A stretch of DNA of 64,000 nt, taken from NCBI GenBank assembly GCA_963715335.1, contig CAVQRZ010000025.1, forward strand, positions 1 through 64,000, given 5' to 3'. Positions 43,686 through 56,154 of this stretch are shown here, piece by piece. The stretch is from an uncultured delta proteobacterium. Its GTDB lineage: Bacteria; Desulfobacterota; Desulfuromonadia; Desulfuromonadales; BM103. Made by a program: the position numbers and the translations under genes. The number at the start of each line of letters is the position of its first letter. Position 1 is the stretch's first letter. Under the pieces are notes generated by a model. That model searched no databases. It was not told where the DNA came from and worked only from the letters and a program-made list of their open reading frames with translations.

Positions 43686-43709
43686 AAGGGGCGCCTGACG
43701 GGCGCCCTT
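43686..43709. terminator. Hairpin after the ferredoxin-like ORF
   Basis: AAGGGGCGCC-TGAC-GGGCGCCCTT. Confidence 0.5.
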
Positions 43710-43798
43710 CCTATTGGCAGACTGTCTCCGGTTGCCCGATTCATTGCCACTGTGATATTTTACTGACTCCTGTTTCATCAACCGGGGCAGCGTTGTTT

Positions 43799-44545
43799 AT
43801 GCAGATTCCCAGACATCTTGCGATTATTATGGACGGTAACGGCCGTTGGGCGGAACAACGTCGCCTGCCGCGCATCCTGGGGCACCGGAAAGGTGTTGAA
43901 ACTGTCCAGAAAGTTGTTGACGAATGCCTCGAACTGGGGATCGGTTATCTGACCCTGTATGCCTTCAGTTCGGAGAACTGGGGACGTCCCCGGGACGAAG
44001 TCGATGCCTTGATGGGATTGCTCGGCAACTTCCTGAAAAAGGAATTGAGCCAGCTCCAGAAACGAGGTGTCAGGCTGGTGGCAATCGGCGAGCTCGACCG
44101 TTTGCCGGAGGGAACAGTTAAAATCCTCAAGGACATTATCGGTAAGACCGAGCATAATACGAACATGGTCCTGAACCTGGCACTTTCCTATGGCTCACGT
44201 AACGAATTGACAAGAGTCATGCAGCAGCTTGGCAGGGATATAGCCGAGGGGATCCTGTTGCCTGACAACCTCTCCGAGCAGGATATTGAAGCCTGTCTCG
44301 ATACTCGAGATATCCCCAGCCCGGATCTGCTGATTCGGACAAGCGGTGAGATGAGAGTCAGTAATTTCCTGCTCTGGCAAATTGCCTATACGGAGCTTTA
44401 CTTCACTGAGACGCTCTGGCCGGACTTCTCTCACGACGAGTTAATCAAGGCTCTGCAGGCTTACAGCAACCGCCAGCGGCGCTTCGGGCTGACCGGCGCT
44501 CAATTGAATGGTGCGGCAGAAAGAGACGGGGAGGGGCGTTATTAA
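43799..44545 (+). CDS. uppS: Undecaprenyl diphosphate synthase
   Basis: [38 protein letters not shown]. Confidence 0.98.
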   Translation: MQIPRHLAIIMDGNGRWAEQRRLPRILGHRKGVETVQKVVDECLELGIGYLTLYAFSSENWGRPRDEVDALMGLLGNFLKKELSQLQKRGVRLVAIGELDRLPEGTVKILKDIIGKTEHNTNMVLNLALSYGSRNELTRVMQQLGRDIAEGILLPDNLSEQDIEACLDTRDIPSPDLLIRTSGEMRVSNFLLWQIAYTELYFTETLWPDFSHDELIKALQAYSNRQRRFGLTGAQLNGAAERDGEGRY

Positions 44546-45341
44546 ACAGCGGATCATTACTGCAATTATCGCATTGCCGATTCTTCTCCTCTGCGTTTTT
44601 TACAGCGGTCAGGGGCTATTTTCAGGACTTCTGTTTGTCGTCAGCGCACTGGCTTTGCATGAATTCTACCGGATGGCGCTGCCGGCAGAGCGCCGTCTTG
44701 AAAGCTCATTGTCCATTGTTGCCGGGGTCCTCTGCAGCCTCGGAATAGTTTATGCCGCCAGTCCTTCGGCCCTCTTATTCAGTATCGTTGTGCCTATTCT
44801 TCTTCTGACCCTGGTTTATCTTTTCCGTTTCCGGGATATCCAGACGGTCAGTCGCGATCTTTCAGTCAGCCTGCTCGGTATCCTGTATGTCCCGGTGTTG
44901 CTTGCCCACGCTGTCCTTCTGCGTGCTCTCCCTGATGGCCGCAACTGGATCTTCCTGGTTTTGTTTGTGGTCATGGCAAGTGACAGCATGGCCTATTTTA
45001 TCGGTATGAAGTTCGGCAGACACCGTCTTTACGAAGCCGTAAGCCCGAAGAAAACGGTCGAAGGCTCGGTCGCAGGATTAACCGGCGGGGTGCTGGGTGC
45101 GGTGGCTTGCAAATACTGGTTTTTCGCCGGGCTGAATGGGTTCGACGTCATGCTTCTCGGCATCGGTGTCGGCGCCTTCAGCCAACTGGGAGATTTGGTC
45201 GAATCATTGTTGAAACGCAGTTTCGGGGTTAAAGACTCTGGTTCACTGATTCCCGGTCACGGCGGGCTCCTCGACCGGCTCGACAGCCTGTTGTTCGCTT
45301 TTCCGCTGACCTACTATTATGCCGTATGGGTGTTTGCATGA
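44541..45341 (+). CDS. cdsA: Phosphatidate cytidylyltransferase (probable ATT start; ORF-track ATG at 44508)
   Basis: KQRIITA N-terminus, [34 protein letters not shown]. Confidence 0.95.
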   Translation: MKQRIITAIIALPILLLCVFYSGQGLFSGLLFVVSALALHEFYRMALPAERRLESSLSIVAGVLCSLGIVYAASPSALLFSIVVPILLLTLVYLFRFRDIQTVSRDLSVSLLGILYVPVLLAHAVLLRALPDGRNWIFLVLFVVMASDSMAYFIGMKFGRHRLYEAVSPKKTVEGSVAGLTGGVLGAVACKYWFFAGLNGFDVMLLGIGVGAFSQLGDLVESLLKRSFGVKDSGSLIPGHGGLLDRLDSLLFAFPLTYYYAVWVFA

Positions 45342-46510
45342 AACGGTTGGCCATCCTCGGCTCGACCGGCTCAATCGGCGTGAGCACACTCGAAATCGTT
45401 GCTGAATATCCGGACCGCTTTCAAGTTGTTGCCCTGACAGCCGGCCGCAACCTGGCTCTACTCGAAGAGCAGATTGCCCGTTTTTCTCCTGTCCTAGTTG
45501 CCGTCCCTGACCGGGAAAATGCCAGACTTCTTGAAGAGAGAATCGGTGCCGGTGGCCCTGAAGTTCTTTATGGTACGGAAGGCCTGATCTATTGCGCAGC
45601 TGAATCTCCTGCCGAGATGGTCGTCTCGGCTATTGTCGGCGCAGCCGGGCTCGAACCAACCCTTGCTGCCATTGAAGCAGGCCGGGACATTGCCCTGGCC
45701 AACAAAGAGACCCTGGTGGTCGCCGGTGAACTGGTGATGGCGACTGTCGCCAGGTCCGGCTGCAAACTTTACCCTGTTGACAGTGAACACTCGGCTATCT
45801 ATCAGTCGCTCGCAGGGCATCGCAAGGATGATGTGCGTCGCCTGATTCTGACGGCGTCCGGCGGACCTTTTCGCAACTGGTCGATTGAGGACCTGTGCGG
45901 GGTGAGGCCGAAAGATGCCCTGGCTCACCCCAATTGGACCATGGGGCGGAAGATCACCATCGATTCCGCAACCATGATGAACAAGGGTCTCGAAGTGATT
46001 GAAGCCCATTGGCTGTTCGACCTCTCCATCGACAAGATCGCGGTGCACATCCACCCTGAGAGTATCGTTCATTCCATGGTCGAGTACATTGACGGGGCAG
46101 TCATGGCACAACTCGGTATCCCTGATATGAAAACACCAATCGCCTACGCTCTCAGCTATCCGGAAAGGTTGGCCCTTGATCTGCCGCACCTGGACCTTTG
46201 CCGGCTCGGAAAACTACATTTTGCTGCGCCTGACCGGACGTGTTTCCCATGTCTCGACCTGGCCTATGAGGCTATCCGTAGAGGCGGCACAACCCCCGCC
46301 GTGCTGAACGCTGCAAACGAGATTGCCGTGGAAGCTTTTCTACAGGAAAAGGTCGGGTTCCTCGATATACCGCGGATAATATCGCTGGCGATGGATGGAC
46401 ACTCCTGTACTGCTGTGGCCGGGTTGGCGGAAATTCTGGCTGCAGATGCGTGGGCACGTCAGAGGGCTGAATCTATTGTTGATGACATTCAAGGAGTTTC
46501 CTACGCATGA
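45338..46510 (+). CDS. dxr: 1-deoxy-D-xylulose 5-phosphate reductoisomerase
   Basis: [44 protein letters not shown]. Confidence 0.99.
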   Translation: MKRLAILGSTGSIGVSTLEIVAEYPDRFQVVALTAGRNLALLEEQIARFSPVLVAVPDRENARLLEERIGAGGPEVLYGTEGLIYCAAESPAEMVVSAIVGAAGLEPTLAAIEAGRDIALANKETLVVAGELVMATVARSGCKLYPVDSEHSAIYQSLAGHRKDDVRRLILTASGGPFRNWSIEDLCGVRPKDALAHPNWTMGRKITIDSATMMNKGLEVIEAHWLFDLSIDKIAVHIHPESIVHSMVEYIDGAVMAQLGIPDMKTPIAYALSYPERLALDLPHLDLCRLGKLHFAAPDRTCFPCLDLAYEAIRRGGTTPAVLNAANEIAVEAFLQEKVGFLDIPRIISLAMDGHSCTAVAGLAEILAADAWARQRAESIVDDIQGVSYA

Positions 46511-47829
46511 TAACTATCGCTGCCGGCATCGTACTGCTGGGCATTCTGGTCTTTGTCCATGAACTCGGTCATTTCGCTGTCGCGAAATTCTGTGGCGTCA
46601 AGGTTCTGAAATTCTCGCTTGGGTTCGGCCCGCGCCTCGTTTCCAGGCAGTGGGGCGAGACCGAATACATGGTTTGCGCAATACCGCTCGGCGGCTACGT
46701 GCAGATGCTTGGAGAGGGCGGTGGGGACCAGGGTGAGGATGCAGAGATCCCTCCAGATGAAGAGCACCGCTCTTTTTCCAAACAAAGCCTTTCCCGGCGA
46801 ATGGCGATTGTCGCCGCCGGACCGATCATGAATTTGGTCCTGCCGTTTCTGGTTCTGCCCCTTGCGTACCTGGTCGGGATCAATTTACCCGCTTACCTCG
46901 ACGAGCCCCCATGTGTCGGCTATGTGATCCCTGGCTCTGAGGCCCAAGAGGCCGGTTTCCGCAGAGGGGACTGCATCGTTGAAATCAGCGGCCACAAAGT
47001 AAGGACCTGGACTGACACCGGACCGGCGCTGGTGAATGGTGCCGGCGAGCCGATCGTTTTCATATTTGATCGTGCTGGCCAGATTGCCGAATTGACCATT
47101 GCGCCCGAGCACGGCGCACTGGAAGGTTTGCAGTCGATTGGTCTGTTGCCCGACCAGGGTGCTGTAATCGGCACTCTTGCCCCCGGTATGCCTGCGGTCA
47201 AGGCGGGCCTCGAAGCGGGGGACAGAATCCTCTCCATCGGCGAGCGTGAGATAATCTCGTGGTACGAGCTCAAAGATGCTATCCAGGAGGTCGGCGGCCG
47301 ACCGGTCACGGTGATTGTTGAACGTAACCAGGAACGGCATTCGTTCCAAATCGTCCCAGAACAGGCTGACGATAATAAAAGTTACCTGATCGGCATTGCC
47401 CCGAATCAGGATACCGTGTTCAAACGCTTCTCTCTCGGAGAGTCGATCAAAGCCGGCGCCGGGCGCAGTATGGACCTGATCGAGCTGACGCTGGTCTTTA
47501 TTCAGAAACTGTTTGCCGGCCACGTTTCGACCAGTAATATCGGTGGACCGATCACTGTGGTACAGATTGCCGGGCAGGCCGCGCAGACGGACCTCTCAAG
47601 TATCCTGAGCGTGCTGGCTTTTCTGAGTATCCAGCTCGGAATTCTCAACCTCCTGCCGATTCCAATTTTGGATGGTGGCCATCTCTTTTTCTATTCGTTT
47701 GAACTGGTTTTCCGGCGGCCACTCTCATTGCGCGCCAGGGAATGGGCGCAACAGCTCGGCCTGATTATGTTGATCATGCTAATGGTGCTGGCCTTCTACA
47801 ACGATATCGTGCGCATGATCGGGAATTGA
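46507..47829 (+). CDS. rseP: RIP metalloprotease RseP
   Basis: HELGH, PDZ domains, [11 protein letters not shown]. Confidence 0.97.
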   Translation: MITIAAGIVLLGILVFVHELGHFAVAKFCGVKVLKFSLGFGPRLVSRQWGETEYMVCAIPLGGYVQMLGEGGGDQGEDAEIPPDEEHRSFSKQSLSRRMAIVAAGPIMNLVLPFLVLPLAYLVGINLPAYLDEPPCVGYVIPGSEAQEAGFRRGDCIVEISGHKVRTWTDTGPALVNGAGEPIVFIFDRAGQIAELTIAPEHGALEGLQSIGLLPDQGAVIGTLAPGMPAVKAGLEAGDRILSIGEREIISWYELKDAIQEVGGRPVTVIVERNQERHSFQIVPEQADDNKSYLIGIAPNQDTVFKRFSLGESIKAGAGRSMDLIELTLVFIQKLFAGHVSTSNIGGPITVVQIAGQAAQTDLSSILSVLAFLSIQLGILNLLPIPILDGGHLFFYSFELVFRRPLSLRAREWAQQLGLIMLIMLMVLAFYNDIVRMIGN

Positions 47830-47830
47830 C

Positions 47831-48544
47831 GTGTCTCCAACCTTGTTGACCATTCAGACCGCATCCCCGGCAGGCAGTATTGCACTGACTGCCGGGGAGC
47901 GTCTGCTGGCGGAACTCAACCTGGATGTGCGTAAAACCCCGACCGAATGGCTGCTGCAGTCGATCGGGGACCTGCTGGACAAAACGGATGTCAAAAAAGC
48001 CGATCTGGATGCCATTGCCGTGGTGCGGGGCCCGGGTTCTTTTACCGGCCTGCGGGTTGGTTTGGCTACGGCCAAGGGACTGTCTCTGGCTTTGGGTTGT
48101 CCGCTGCTTGGCATCTCCTCTCTGCAGTGTCTCGCCATGCAGCTGCCATTTTCCGCCCTACCGGTCTGCGTCATGCTGGATGCGCGCAAACAGGAAGTGT
48201 ACTCGGCCAGTTACCGATGGGAAGGAGGATATCCTCATCCGATCACGGCAGAAAGAGTCGCCGGACCTGAACTGTTGTTGAACGAGGTCAACAGTGAGAC
48301 GCTGTTCGCGGGTAACGGCGCCCAGCTGTACAGAACTTTGATCGTCAGGAAACTCGGTGACCGGGCGCACTTCGCACCAGCATTTATCAACTTGCCACGC
48401 GCTGCCGGGGCGGCCGCTCTGGCCCTGTGCGAGTGGCAAGCAGGACGGACATTTACGGCGGATCAACTGATGCCAAATTACCTTCGGCCTTCTGAAGCCG
48501 AACTTAATTTACTTAACAGGAAAAAATCAGGGAATTCAGGTTGA
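47831..48544 (+). CDS. tsaB: tRNA t6A biosynthesis protein TsaB
   Basis: GPGSFTGLRVG, DARKQEVY, PNYLRPSEAE. Confidence 0.95.
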   Translation: MSPTLLTIQTASPAGSIALTAGERLLAELNLDVRKTPTEWLLQSIGDLLDKTDVKKADLDAIAVVRGPGSFTGLRVGLATAKGLSLALGCPLLGISSLQCLAMQLPFSALPVCVMLDARKQEVYSASYRWEGGYPHPITAERVAGPELLLNEVNSETLFAGNGAQLYRTLIVRKLGDRAHFAPAFINLPRAAGAAALALCEWQAGRTFTADQLMPNYLRPSEAELNLLNRKKSGNSG

Positions 48545-48616
48545 CAACTCTGCTCCCCGTTCGCTATTTTTTAGTTACCGTTCGTATTACTATCCTTACA
48601 AACTCAGGAGGTGCTC

Positions 48617-48838
48617 ATGGCAGAGAATGACATGGATTTGGTTCAACGCTTGAGTGAAGAAAACCCAAGATTCAGAAAGCTGCACGAACAACACTTGCTT
48701 TTCGAAAAACAGCTTCAGGAGCTGGATGATCGAAACTACCTGACCCCCGAGGAAGATCTCGAACGGAAAAAAATACAGAAACTAAAGCTGGCCGGTAAAG
48801 ATGAAATGGAAGACATCCTTCGCGATTATCGTCAGTAG
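48617..48838 (+). CDS. YdcH/DUF465 family small coiled-coil protein
   Basis: FRKLHEQH...YLTPEE...QKLKLAGKD; AGGAGG RBS; TTGACA promoter-like motif at 48541. Confidence 0.8.
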   Translation: MAENDMDLVQRLSEENPRFRKLHEQHLLFEKQLQELDDRNYLTPEEDLERKKIQKLKLAGKDEMEDILRDYRQ

Positions 48839-48860
48839 CAACTTATAACATTACAGATTC

Positions 48861-48893
48861 AACAGGGGCCATCTTCGGCCCCTGTTTTCTTTT
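48861..48893 (+). terminator. Intrinsic terminator
   Basis: AACAGGGGCC-ATCTTC-GGCCCCTGTT plus TTCTTTT. Confidence 0.8.
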
Positions 48894-49024
48894 CTGTAAC
48901 GAATTCCCGCGACATTTGAGAAACCCAGGGTTTTTTCGCTTTTGCACTTTACCTTGCGGATTCACGCGGGTATAAAGATCGGATATCTTGATCAATAGAA
49001 CATAGTTATTGTCCAGGAGGAGAA

Positions 49025-50689
49025 ATGACCCAGAAACGTAGCAGCGCCATCACCCAGGGATTTGAACGCACACCGCACCGGGCCTTATTGAAGGGAACCG
49101 GGGTTCCGCAGGCAGAGATGGGAAAGCCTTTTATCGGGATTGCCTCATCTTTTACTGATTTGATCCCGGGACATACCGGCATGCGCGATCTTGAGCGTTT
49201 TATCGAAAAAGGGGTTCACACAGGAGGCGGATATTCCTTCATCTTCGGGATCCCCGGTGTCTGCGATGGTATCGCCATGGGTCATCGCGGCATGCATTAT
49301 TCCCTGCCTACCCGCGAACTGATTGCTGATATGGTCGAGTCGGTCGCAGAAGCTCACCGCCTGGATGGGCTGGTTCTGCTGACCAACTGCGATAAGATAA
49401 CTCCGGGAATGCTGATGGCTGCTGCCCGTCTTGATATCCCCTGCATCGTGGTCACTGCCGGACCGATGATGACCGGTGCCGGCCGCGAGGGGCGAAAGTT
49501 CTCCTTCGTCACGGACACCTTTGAGGCCATGGCCCAATACAAGGCAGGAGTTATCGACGAGCAGGAACTGATGATGTGTGAAGACAAGGCCTGTCCGACT
49601 GCAGGCTCCTGCCAGGGGCTCTTTACAGCCAATACCATGGCCATCCTGACGGAAACTCTCGGTATGAGCCTGGTCCGTTGTGGAACCTCCCTGGCAGTAT
49701 CTTCCATGAAACGCCGGATCGCCTTTGCCAGCGGTGAACGCATCGTAGGCCTGGTCCGCGATCAGATTACTCCGCGACAGATCATGACCCGAGCTGCATT
49801 TGAAAACGCCATCCGGGTCGATCTGGCTCTTGGCGGTTCGAGCAATACCGTACTGCACCTGTTGTCGATAGCACACGAAGCCGGTGTTGACCTGCCGCTC
49901 GAGGACTTCGACCGCCTCGGTCGTGAGACCCCTCAACTGGCTTCAATGAACCCCGGCGGCAAGCATTTTATGGAAGACCTTGACGCGGCCGGTGGTGTTC
50001 CCGGTGTCCTTTATCAGTTACGTGACCGCATCAACGATAATCCGACCCTGACCGGCCCTACTATAAAAGAGATTGTGGCCAGTGTTGCGTCTGTTGATGA
50101 TGAAGTTATCCGGCCAGTCGACAATCCCGTTCGAGCCGAGGGTGGCCTGGCTGTCCTGTTCGGTAACCTGGCACCGCTTGGTTCTGTTGTAAAGCAGTCG
50201 GGGGTCTCCGAACAGATGATGAATTTTGAAGGCACGGCCCGTTGTTTTGAATCTGAGGAGGCTGCCATGGCAGCCTTGATGGGCGGCCAGGTTGTTGCAG
50301 GCGATGTCGTCGTGATTCGCTACGAGGGACCCAAAGGTGGTCCTGGTATGAGGGAGATGCTTGCCCCGACAGCGACCCTGATGGGGCTCGGCCTGGGTGA
50401 TAGCGTCGCGCTCATCACCGATGGCCGTTTCTCCGGCGGCACCCGTGGCCCATGCATCGGGCATATCTCTCCAGAAGCTGCGGAGGGCGGTCCGATTGCT
50501 CTGGTTGCAGATGGTGACAGAATCCGCCTTGACATCCCGAATCGCAAGCTGGACCTGCTGGTTGATGATGCTGAACTTGCAAAGCGTAAATCAACCTGGC
50601 AGGCCCCGGCGGCGAAGATCAAGACCGGCTGGCTTGCCCGTTACGCCAAGGTTGTTACTTCGGCCAACACCGGCGCCGTCTGCAAGTAA
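49025..50689 (+). CDS. ilvD: Dihydroxy-acid dehydratase
   Basis: [37 protein letters not shown]. Confidence 0.98.
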   Translation: MTQKRSSAITQGFERTPHRALLKGTGVPQAEMGKPFIGIASSFTDLIPGHTGMRDLERFIEKGVHTGGGYSFIFGIPGVCDGIAMGHRGMHYSLPTRELIADMVESVAEAHRLDGLVLLTNCDKITPGMLMAAARLDIPCIVVTAGPMMTGAGREGRKFSFVTDTFEAMAQYKAGVIDEQELMMCEDKACPTAGSCQGLFTANTMAILTETLGMSLVRCGTSLAVSSMKRRIAFASGERIVGLVRDQITPRQIMTRAAFENAIRVDLALGGSSNTVLHLLSIAHEAGVDLPLEDFDRLGRETPQLASMNPGGKHFMEDLDAAGGVPGVLYQLRDRINDNPTLTGPTIKEIVASVASVDDEVIRPVDNPVRAEGGLAVLFGNLAPLGSVVKQSGVSEQMMNFEGTARCFESEEAAMAALMGGQVVAGDVVVIRYEGPKGGPGMREMLAPTATLMGLGLGDSVALITDGRFSGGTRGPCIGHISPEAAEGGPIALVADGDRIRLDIPNRKLDLLVDDAELAKRKSTWQAPAAKIKTGWLARYAKVVTSANTGAVCK

Positions 50690-50742
50690 CAGAAATATTC
50701 AAATCCGGTTCGTTTCTGGCGAGCCGTTTCGAGGAGGATTAA

Positions 50743-52443
50743 GTGAAACTGACCGGTTCAAAAATACTGTTGGAATGCCTTCTCCAGGAAGGGGTCGATA
50801 CGATCTTCGGTTATCCAGGCGGCACAGTCATCAATATTTACGATGACTTGATGGATTCTCCGATCAATCACATTTTGACCCGCCATGAGCAGGCTGCAGT
50901 TCATGCCGCTGATGGTTATGCCCGGGCGACCGGCAAGGTGGGTGTCGCGATTGCCACCAGCGGCCCTGGGGCGACCAACACCATTACCGGGATTGCGACA
51001 GCCTACATGGATTCTATCCCTTTAGTTGTTATCACCGGCCAGGTGCCGACACCGTTGATCGGTAATGATGCTTTCCAGGAAGCGGACGTTATAGGCTTGA
51101 CCCGCCCGATTACCAAGCACAATTACCTGGTCAGAGATGTCAAGGACCTGGCGGTGACGGTTAAGAAAGCCTTCTATATTGCCCGCACCGGTCGTCCCGG
51201 TCCCGTCGTGATCGATTTGCCGAAAGATGTACAGATAGCAGCAACAAAGTTCGAATATCCCGACTCCGTCGAGCTGCGTGGTTACAAGCCGACCTATAGC
51301 GGCAACATGCGCATGGTCGAAAAGGCTGCAAAAATGATCCTGTCGGCGAAGAAGCCGGTTCTCTATGTCGGTGGTGGCGCCTCTTTGACTGACGCCCATG
51401 GTGAACTGCTGGAACTCGCTGAAATGCTTCAGGCTCCGGTTACAACCACGCTGATGGGAATGGCCAGCTTTCCGACAAAACACAATTTATCCCTTGGTAT
51501 GCTCGGCATGCACGGGACCTACTATGCCAACATGGCTGTAACCAACTCCGACCTGCTGATTGCCCTCGGCGCGCGTTTTGACGATCGGGTCACCGGTAAG
51601 ATTGCAACGTTTGCCCCGCATGCCAAGATTATTCATGTCGACGTCGATCCGACCTCAATCAAGAAAAATGTGCGCGTCGACCTGCCAATCGTTGGGGATT
51701 TGCGCGACGTGCTGAAAAAGCTCAACAAAAAAATCGTCGAACACAAAGACGAGTTCGAATCGATGCATAACGCACTGAAGCCATGGCATGATGAGATTTC
51801 CGGCTGGCGGAAAGATCAGCCGATGACTTACAAAAGCTCCAAAACCGAGATCAAGCCTCAGTTTGTTATCGAAAAGCTGCGCGAGTTGTCCAACGATGAT
51901 GCCATCGTCACCACTGAAGTCGGTCAACACCAGATGTGGGCGGCCCAGTTTTTTGAGTTCACTCAGCCGCGGACTTTTCTTACCTCTGGTGGTTTGGGGA
52001 CAATGGGGTATGGCCTGCCCGCTGCCCTCGGTGCCCAGGCCGCTTTCCCAAAACGCCAGGTGATCGACATCTCCGGTGATGGCTCATTTCAGATGAACTC
52101 ACAGGAGATGGCAACCCTGGTCCAGTACCGTCTGCCGGTCAAGATTGTCATCCTTAACAATAACTTCCTCGGTATGGTGCGGCAGTGGCAGCAGCTTTTT
52201 TTCGATAAACGCTACAGCCAGACCTGCATGGAACTGCCCATCGATTTCGTCAAGCTGGCTGAGGCCTATGGGGCAACCGGTCTGCGGGCAACCAAACCGG
52301 ACGAGGTTGAAGATGTGATCAGGAAGGCCTTCGAAACACCTGGTCCAGTTATCATGGAGTTCAAGATCTCTCGCGAAGAGAATGTTATGCCCATGGTTCC
52401 CGCCGGTGCCGGGATCAATGAAATGTTGCTGAGGACCGCTTGA
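50743..52443 (+). CDS. ilvB: Acetolactate synthase large subunit
   Basis: FGYPGG, RHEQ, TSGPGATN, RFDDRVTG, GDGSFQMN. Confidence 0.98.
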   Translation: MKLTGSKILLECLLQEGVDTIFGYPGGTVINIYDDLMDSPINHILTRHEQAAVHAADGYARATGKVGVAIATSGPGATNTITGIATAYMDSIPLVVITGQVPTPLIGNDAFQEADVIGLTRPITKHNYLVRDVKDLAVTVKKAFYIARTGRPGPVVIDLPKDVQIAATKFEYPDSVELRGYKPTYSGNMRMVEKAAKMILSAKKPVLYVGGGASLTDAHGELLELAEMLQAPVTTTLMGMASFPTKHNLSLGMLGMHGTYYANMAVTNSDLLIALGARFDDRVTGKIATFAPHAKIIHVDVDPTSIKKNVRVDLPIVGDLRDVLKKLNKKIVEHKDEFESMHNALKPWHDEISGWRKDQPMTYKSSKTEIKPQFVIEKLRELSNDDAIVTTEVGQHQMWAAQFFEFTQPRTFLTSGGLGTMGYGLPAALGAQAAFPKRQVIDISGDGSFQMNSQEMATLVQYRLPVKIVILNNNFLGMVRQWQQLFFDKRYSQTCMELPIDFVKLAEAYGATGLRATKPDEVEDVIRKAFETPGPVIMEFKISREENVMPMVPAGAGINEMLLRTA

Positions 52444-52549
52444 CCGTAGATAGCAACTGCAGAGCTGTTGATCGGATTGACGAATTACAACGTGCAGCGA
52501 TGTATCGATGCCGTAGAGTCGATCAACTATCCTTATCGAGGAGTTTTTA

Positions 52550-53044
52550 ATGCGACATACAATTTCTGTGCTGGTGGAGAATGAATTCGGCGTGCTTTCC
52601 AGAATCGCCGGACTTTTCTCCGGCCGTGGTTTCAATATTGAAAGCTTGTCGGTTGCACCTACGCTTGACCCGACCATCTCCCGGATGACGATTGTCACGA
52701 GTGGCGACGACAGGATTCTCGAACAGATCAACAAGCAGTTGAACAAGCTGATTGATACGATCAAGATCATTGATTTTACCGGTGAAGATTTCATCGAGCG
52801 CGAAATGGCGTTGATAAAAGTGACCGCGGATGAAAATTCCAGAGCCGAAATTTTGCGGATTGCCGATATCTTCCGCGGCAAAATCGTAGATGTCACGCCG
52901 AAATGCTACACGGTGGAAGTCACAGGTTCGCCAGTCAAGGTCAACGCCATAATCGATCTGCTACGGCCCATGGGAATCAAGGAACTGGTACGTTCAGGGC
53001 CGATTGTCCTTGGTCGCGGGCCCAAGGGGTGGCGGAATAGTTAG
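52550..53044 (+). CDS. ilvN: Acetolactate synthase small subunit
   Basis: ISVLVENEFGVLSRIAGLFSGRGFNIESL. Confidence 0.97.
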   Translation: MRHTISVLVENEFGVLSRIAGLFSGRGFNIESLSVAPTLDPTISRMTIVTSGDDRILEQINKQLNKLIDTIKIIDFTGEDFIEREMALIKVTADENSRAEILRIADIFRGKIVDVTPKCYTVEVTGSPVKVNAIIDLLRPMGIKELVRSGPIVLGRGPKGWRNS

Positions 53045-53166
53045 CGCGTAACCTTGAGAAAAGTATGCAGCTGGCCATGTCAGGACAAATCTCTGGTGTG
53101 GCCTTCTCTGTTATGATATATATTCCTTTTTATATGCATAACACCGAATTTAATCGAAGGAGATAA

Positions 53167-54180
<1,014 letters not shown>

Positions 54181-54243
54181 TCAAAACAACAACGGCGGGG
54201 GTCAACGCTCCCGCCGTAACCTTTTCAGAGGTCCGGTTCCTAT

Positions 54244-54891
54244 ATGAAAAACCAGCATCAGCCTGTCGCAGTGGAAGGGTATCCGTTCATCGGGTTGTTT
54301 GCCTTCATCGCCTTGTTCTTCGCAGTTGTTGATTGGAATTGCATGGCGACCATGTCTTTTGGCCTGACCCTGTTTGCGATCTACTTCTTTCGCAATCCCG
54401 AACGCATTCCACCTGATGATGTCAAAGCGATTGTCGCGCCTGCTGACGGCAAGGTCATCTTCGTGGGCAAGGTCCCAGAGAACCGTTATTTTGGCGGCGA
54501 GGAGGTGACCAAGGTCAGTATCTTCATGAACGTCTTTAACGTTCATGTCAACCGCGTCCCATTTGACTGCACGGTGCTTGATCAGTTTTACAACAAGGGC
54601 CGGTTCCTGAATGCTTCTCTGGACAAGGCCAGCCTTGAGAATGAACAGTCCGGCATGTTGCTCGAAACAGAATCCGGCATCAAAGTTCTCTGCGTGCAGA
54701 TTGCCGGTCTTGTCGCAAGGCGGATCGTTTCTTATCCGGAGAATGGAGATCAATTGAAAAGGGGTCAGCGCTATGGCCTGATTCGTTTTGGATCAAGGGT
54801 CGATCTGTATTTCCCTGATGGTGTAGAAGTGCTGGCAAGAATTGGCGACAAGACTGTCGCCGGTGAATCGGAGTTGGGATTCCTGCCGTGA
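54244..54891 (+). CDS. psd: Phosphatidylserine decarboxylase
   Basis: FFRNPER, APADGK, NVHVNR, FGSRVD self-cleavage motif. Confidence 0.95.
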   Translation: MKNQHQPVAVEGYPFIGLFAFIALFFAVVDWNCMATMSFGLTLFAIYFFRNPERIPPDDVKAIVAPADGKVIFVGKVPENRYFGGEEVTKVSIFMNVFNVHVNRVPFDCTVLDQFYNKGRFLNASLDKASLENEQSGMLLETESGIKVLCVQIAGLVARRIVSYPENGDQLKRGQRYGLIRFGSRVDLYFPDGVEVLARIGDKTVAGESELGFLP

Positions 54892-55712
54892 GTCATGTCG
54901 GGGGTTCATATGACCGTCGTGAAAGCCTAAAACGGGGAGTCTACCTCCTGCCGAATCTGGTAACGACTGGAGGTCTGTTCGCAGGTTTCTACGGCATTGT
55001 TGCGACGATGAAGGGGGATTACCAACTCGCCGCCTGGTTTATCCTGATCTCTGCGGTCTTTGACGCGCTGGACGGCAAGGTGGCACGGCTGACCGGAACG
55101 ACAAGCCGTTTCGGTGTGGAATACGATTCTCTCGTCGACCTTGTTTCATTCGGGGTTGCGCCAGGTCTGCTCATGTATTCCTGGGCTCTGCAATCGTTTG
55201 GCAAATTAGGCTGGCTTGCTGCATTTCTTTACGTCGTCTGCGGTGCGCTTCGCCTGGCGCGTTTCAATATTCAGGTCAACACGGTTGAATCCCGCCGGTT
55301 TGTCGGTCTGCCGATTCCGGCCGCTGCCGGGATGGTCGCCTCGTGTGTTTTGCTTTTCTATTATTTGGGTGGTTCGGGAACGATTAAAAAAGTTTCTGTC
55401 GTCCTGTTGATTTACGTCCTGGCATACCTGATGGTCAGCAACCACAGTTATCATTCCTTCAAGGACCCTGAACTGGTCAAGCGCCAGCCTTTCAGTTTCC
55501 TGGTGCTGGCAATCATATTTATTATCGTGATTGTCGCAGAGCCGGAAATTATGCTCTTCAGCATCGCCTCGTTTTATGCGGCGTCGGGACCGCTTGGCGC
55601 CGTTATCAAATACTTCAAAGGCAAAACTCCGGAAGATAAGAGCCCTGCGGCAGGTGCCGTTCCAGACCCGGAGAATGGCGACTTCGATGAAAAAAATCAT
55701 CAGATATCTTGA
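54888..55712 (+). CDS. pssA: CDP-diacylglycerol-serine O-phosphatidyltransferase
   Basis: LPNLVT, DALDGKVAR...FGVEYDSLVDLVSFGVAP, RLARFN. Confidence 0.95.
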   Translation: MSHVGGSYDRRESLKRGVYLLPNLVTTGGLFAGFYGIVATMKGDYQLAAWFILISAVFDALDGKVARLTGTTSRFGVEYDSLVDLVSFGVAPGLLMYSWALQSFGKLGWLAAFLYVVCGALRLARFNIQVNTVESRRFVGLPIPAAAGMVASCVLLFYYLGGSGTIKKVSVVLLIYVLAYLMVSNHSYHSFKDPELVKRQPFSFLVLAIIFIIVIVAEPEIMLFSIASFYAASGPLGAVIKYFKGKTPEDKSPAAGAVPDPENGDFDEKNHQIS

Positions 55713-55754
55713 CATTATGACAGGATTGCTGTCTTATTGAGTGTAGTTTGTAGA

Positions 55755-56004
55755 GGCGTTGAAGAGGAATAGTAGGGTCTGATGCTGTCACAGAGAGCCG
55801 GTGGTGCTGCGAACCGGTACAGATAATGACCTGAACTGGCCTTGGAGCTGCAGATGTCAAAGGGTACGGCTTGCAGGTGACCCGAGTAATTTCTGCCGTG
55901 AGCCTGCGTTAAAGGTCAATTAAGGATTTCGCTGCGACGAGATCAAACAGGGTGGTACCGCGAAGCCTAGCTCTCGCCCCTGACCGGGGTGGGAGTTTTT
56001 TATT
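55755..56004 (+). ncRNA. Leucine T-box riboswitch upstream of leuA
   Basis: AGTAG, CAGAGAGC and GCTG stem I motifs; GAA-CTG specifier (55836-55838, Leu); T-box AACAGGGTGGTACCGCG (55946-55962); terminator CTCTCGCCCC...GGGGTGGGAG-T6. Confidence 0.92.
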
Positions 56005-56154
56005 TGTGCGGCAAAAACTTTTGAAAGGGGGTGGTTCTTTGGAATCCGACCTGAGTGACCTGGACCTGTTGTTGATGTACCCGTACTTAAAAAAATGTGG
56101 AATCAAAGAACCGAGCCTGAAAGAATTCGAGTCTAAATGGCAGAGGAGGCCATA

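Noticed and set aside
52444..52549. GTTGATCG...CGATCAAC inverted repeat between ilvB and ilvN
   Set aside because: Short stem, no second copy in the window, no recognisable family
54244..55712. psd-pssA inside the ilv-leu cluster
   Set aside because: As I recall, a common arrangement in deltaproteobacteria
56033..56112. GGTTCTTTG...CAAAGAACC inverted repeat with three GACCTG copies in the leuA leader
   Set aside because: Only a 9-bp stem with a long loop; not enough to call a second RNA element
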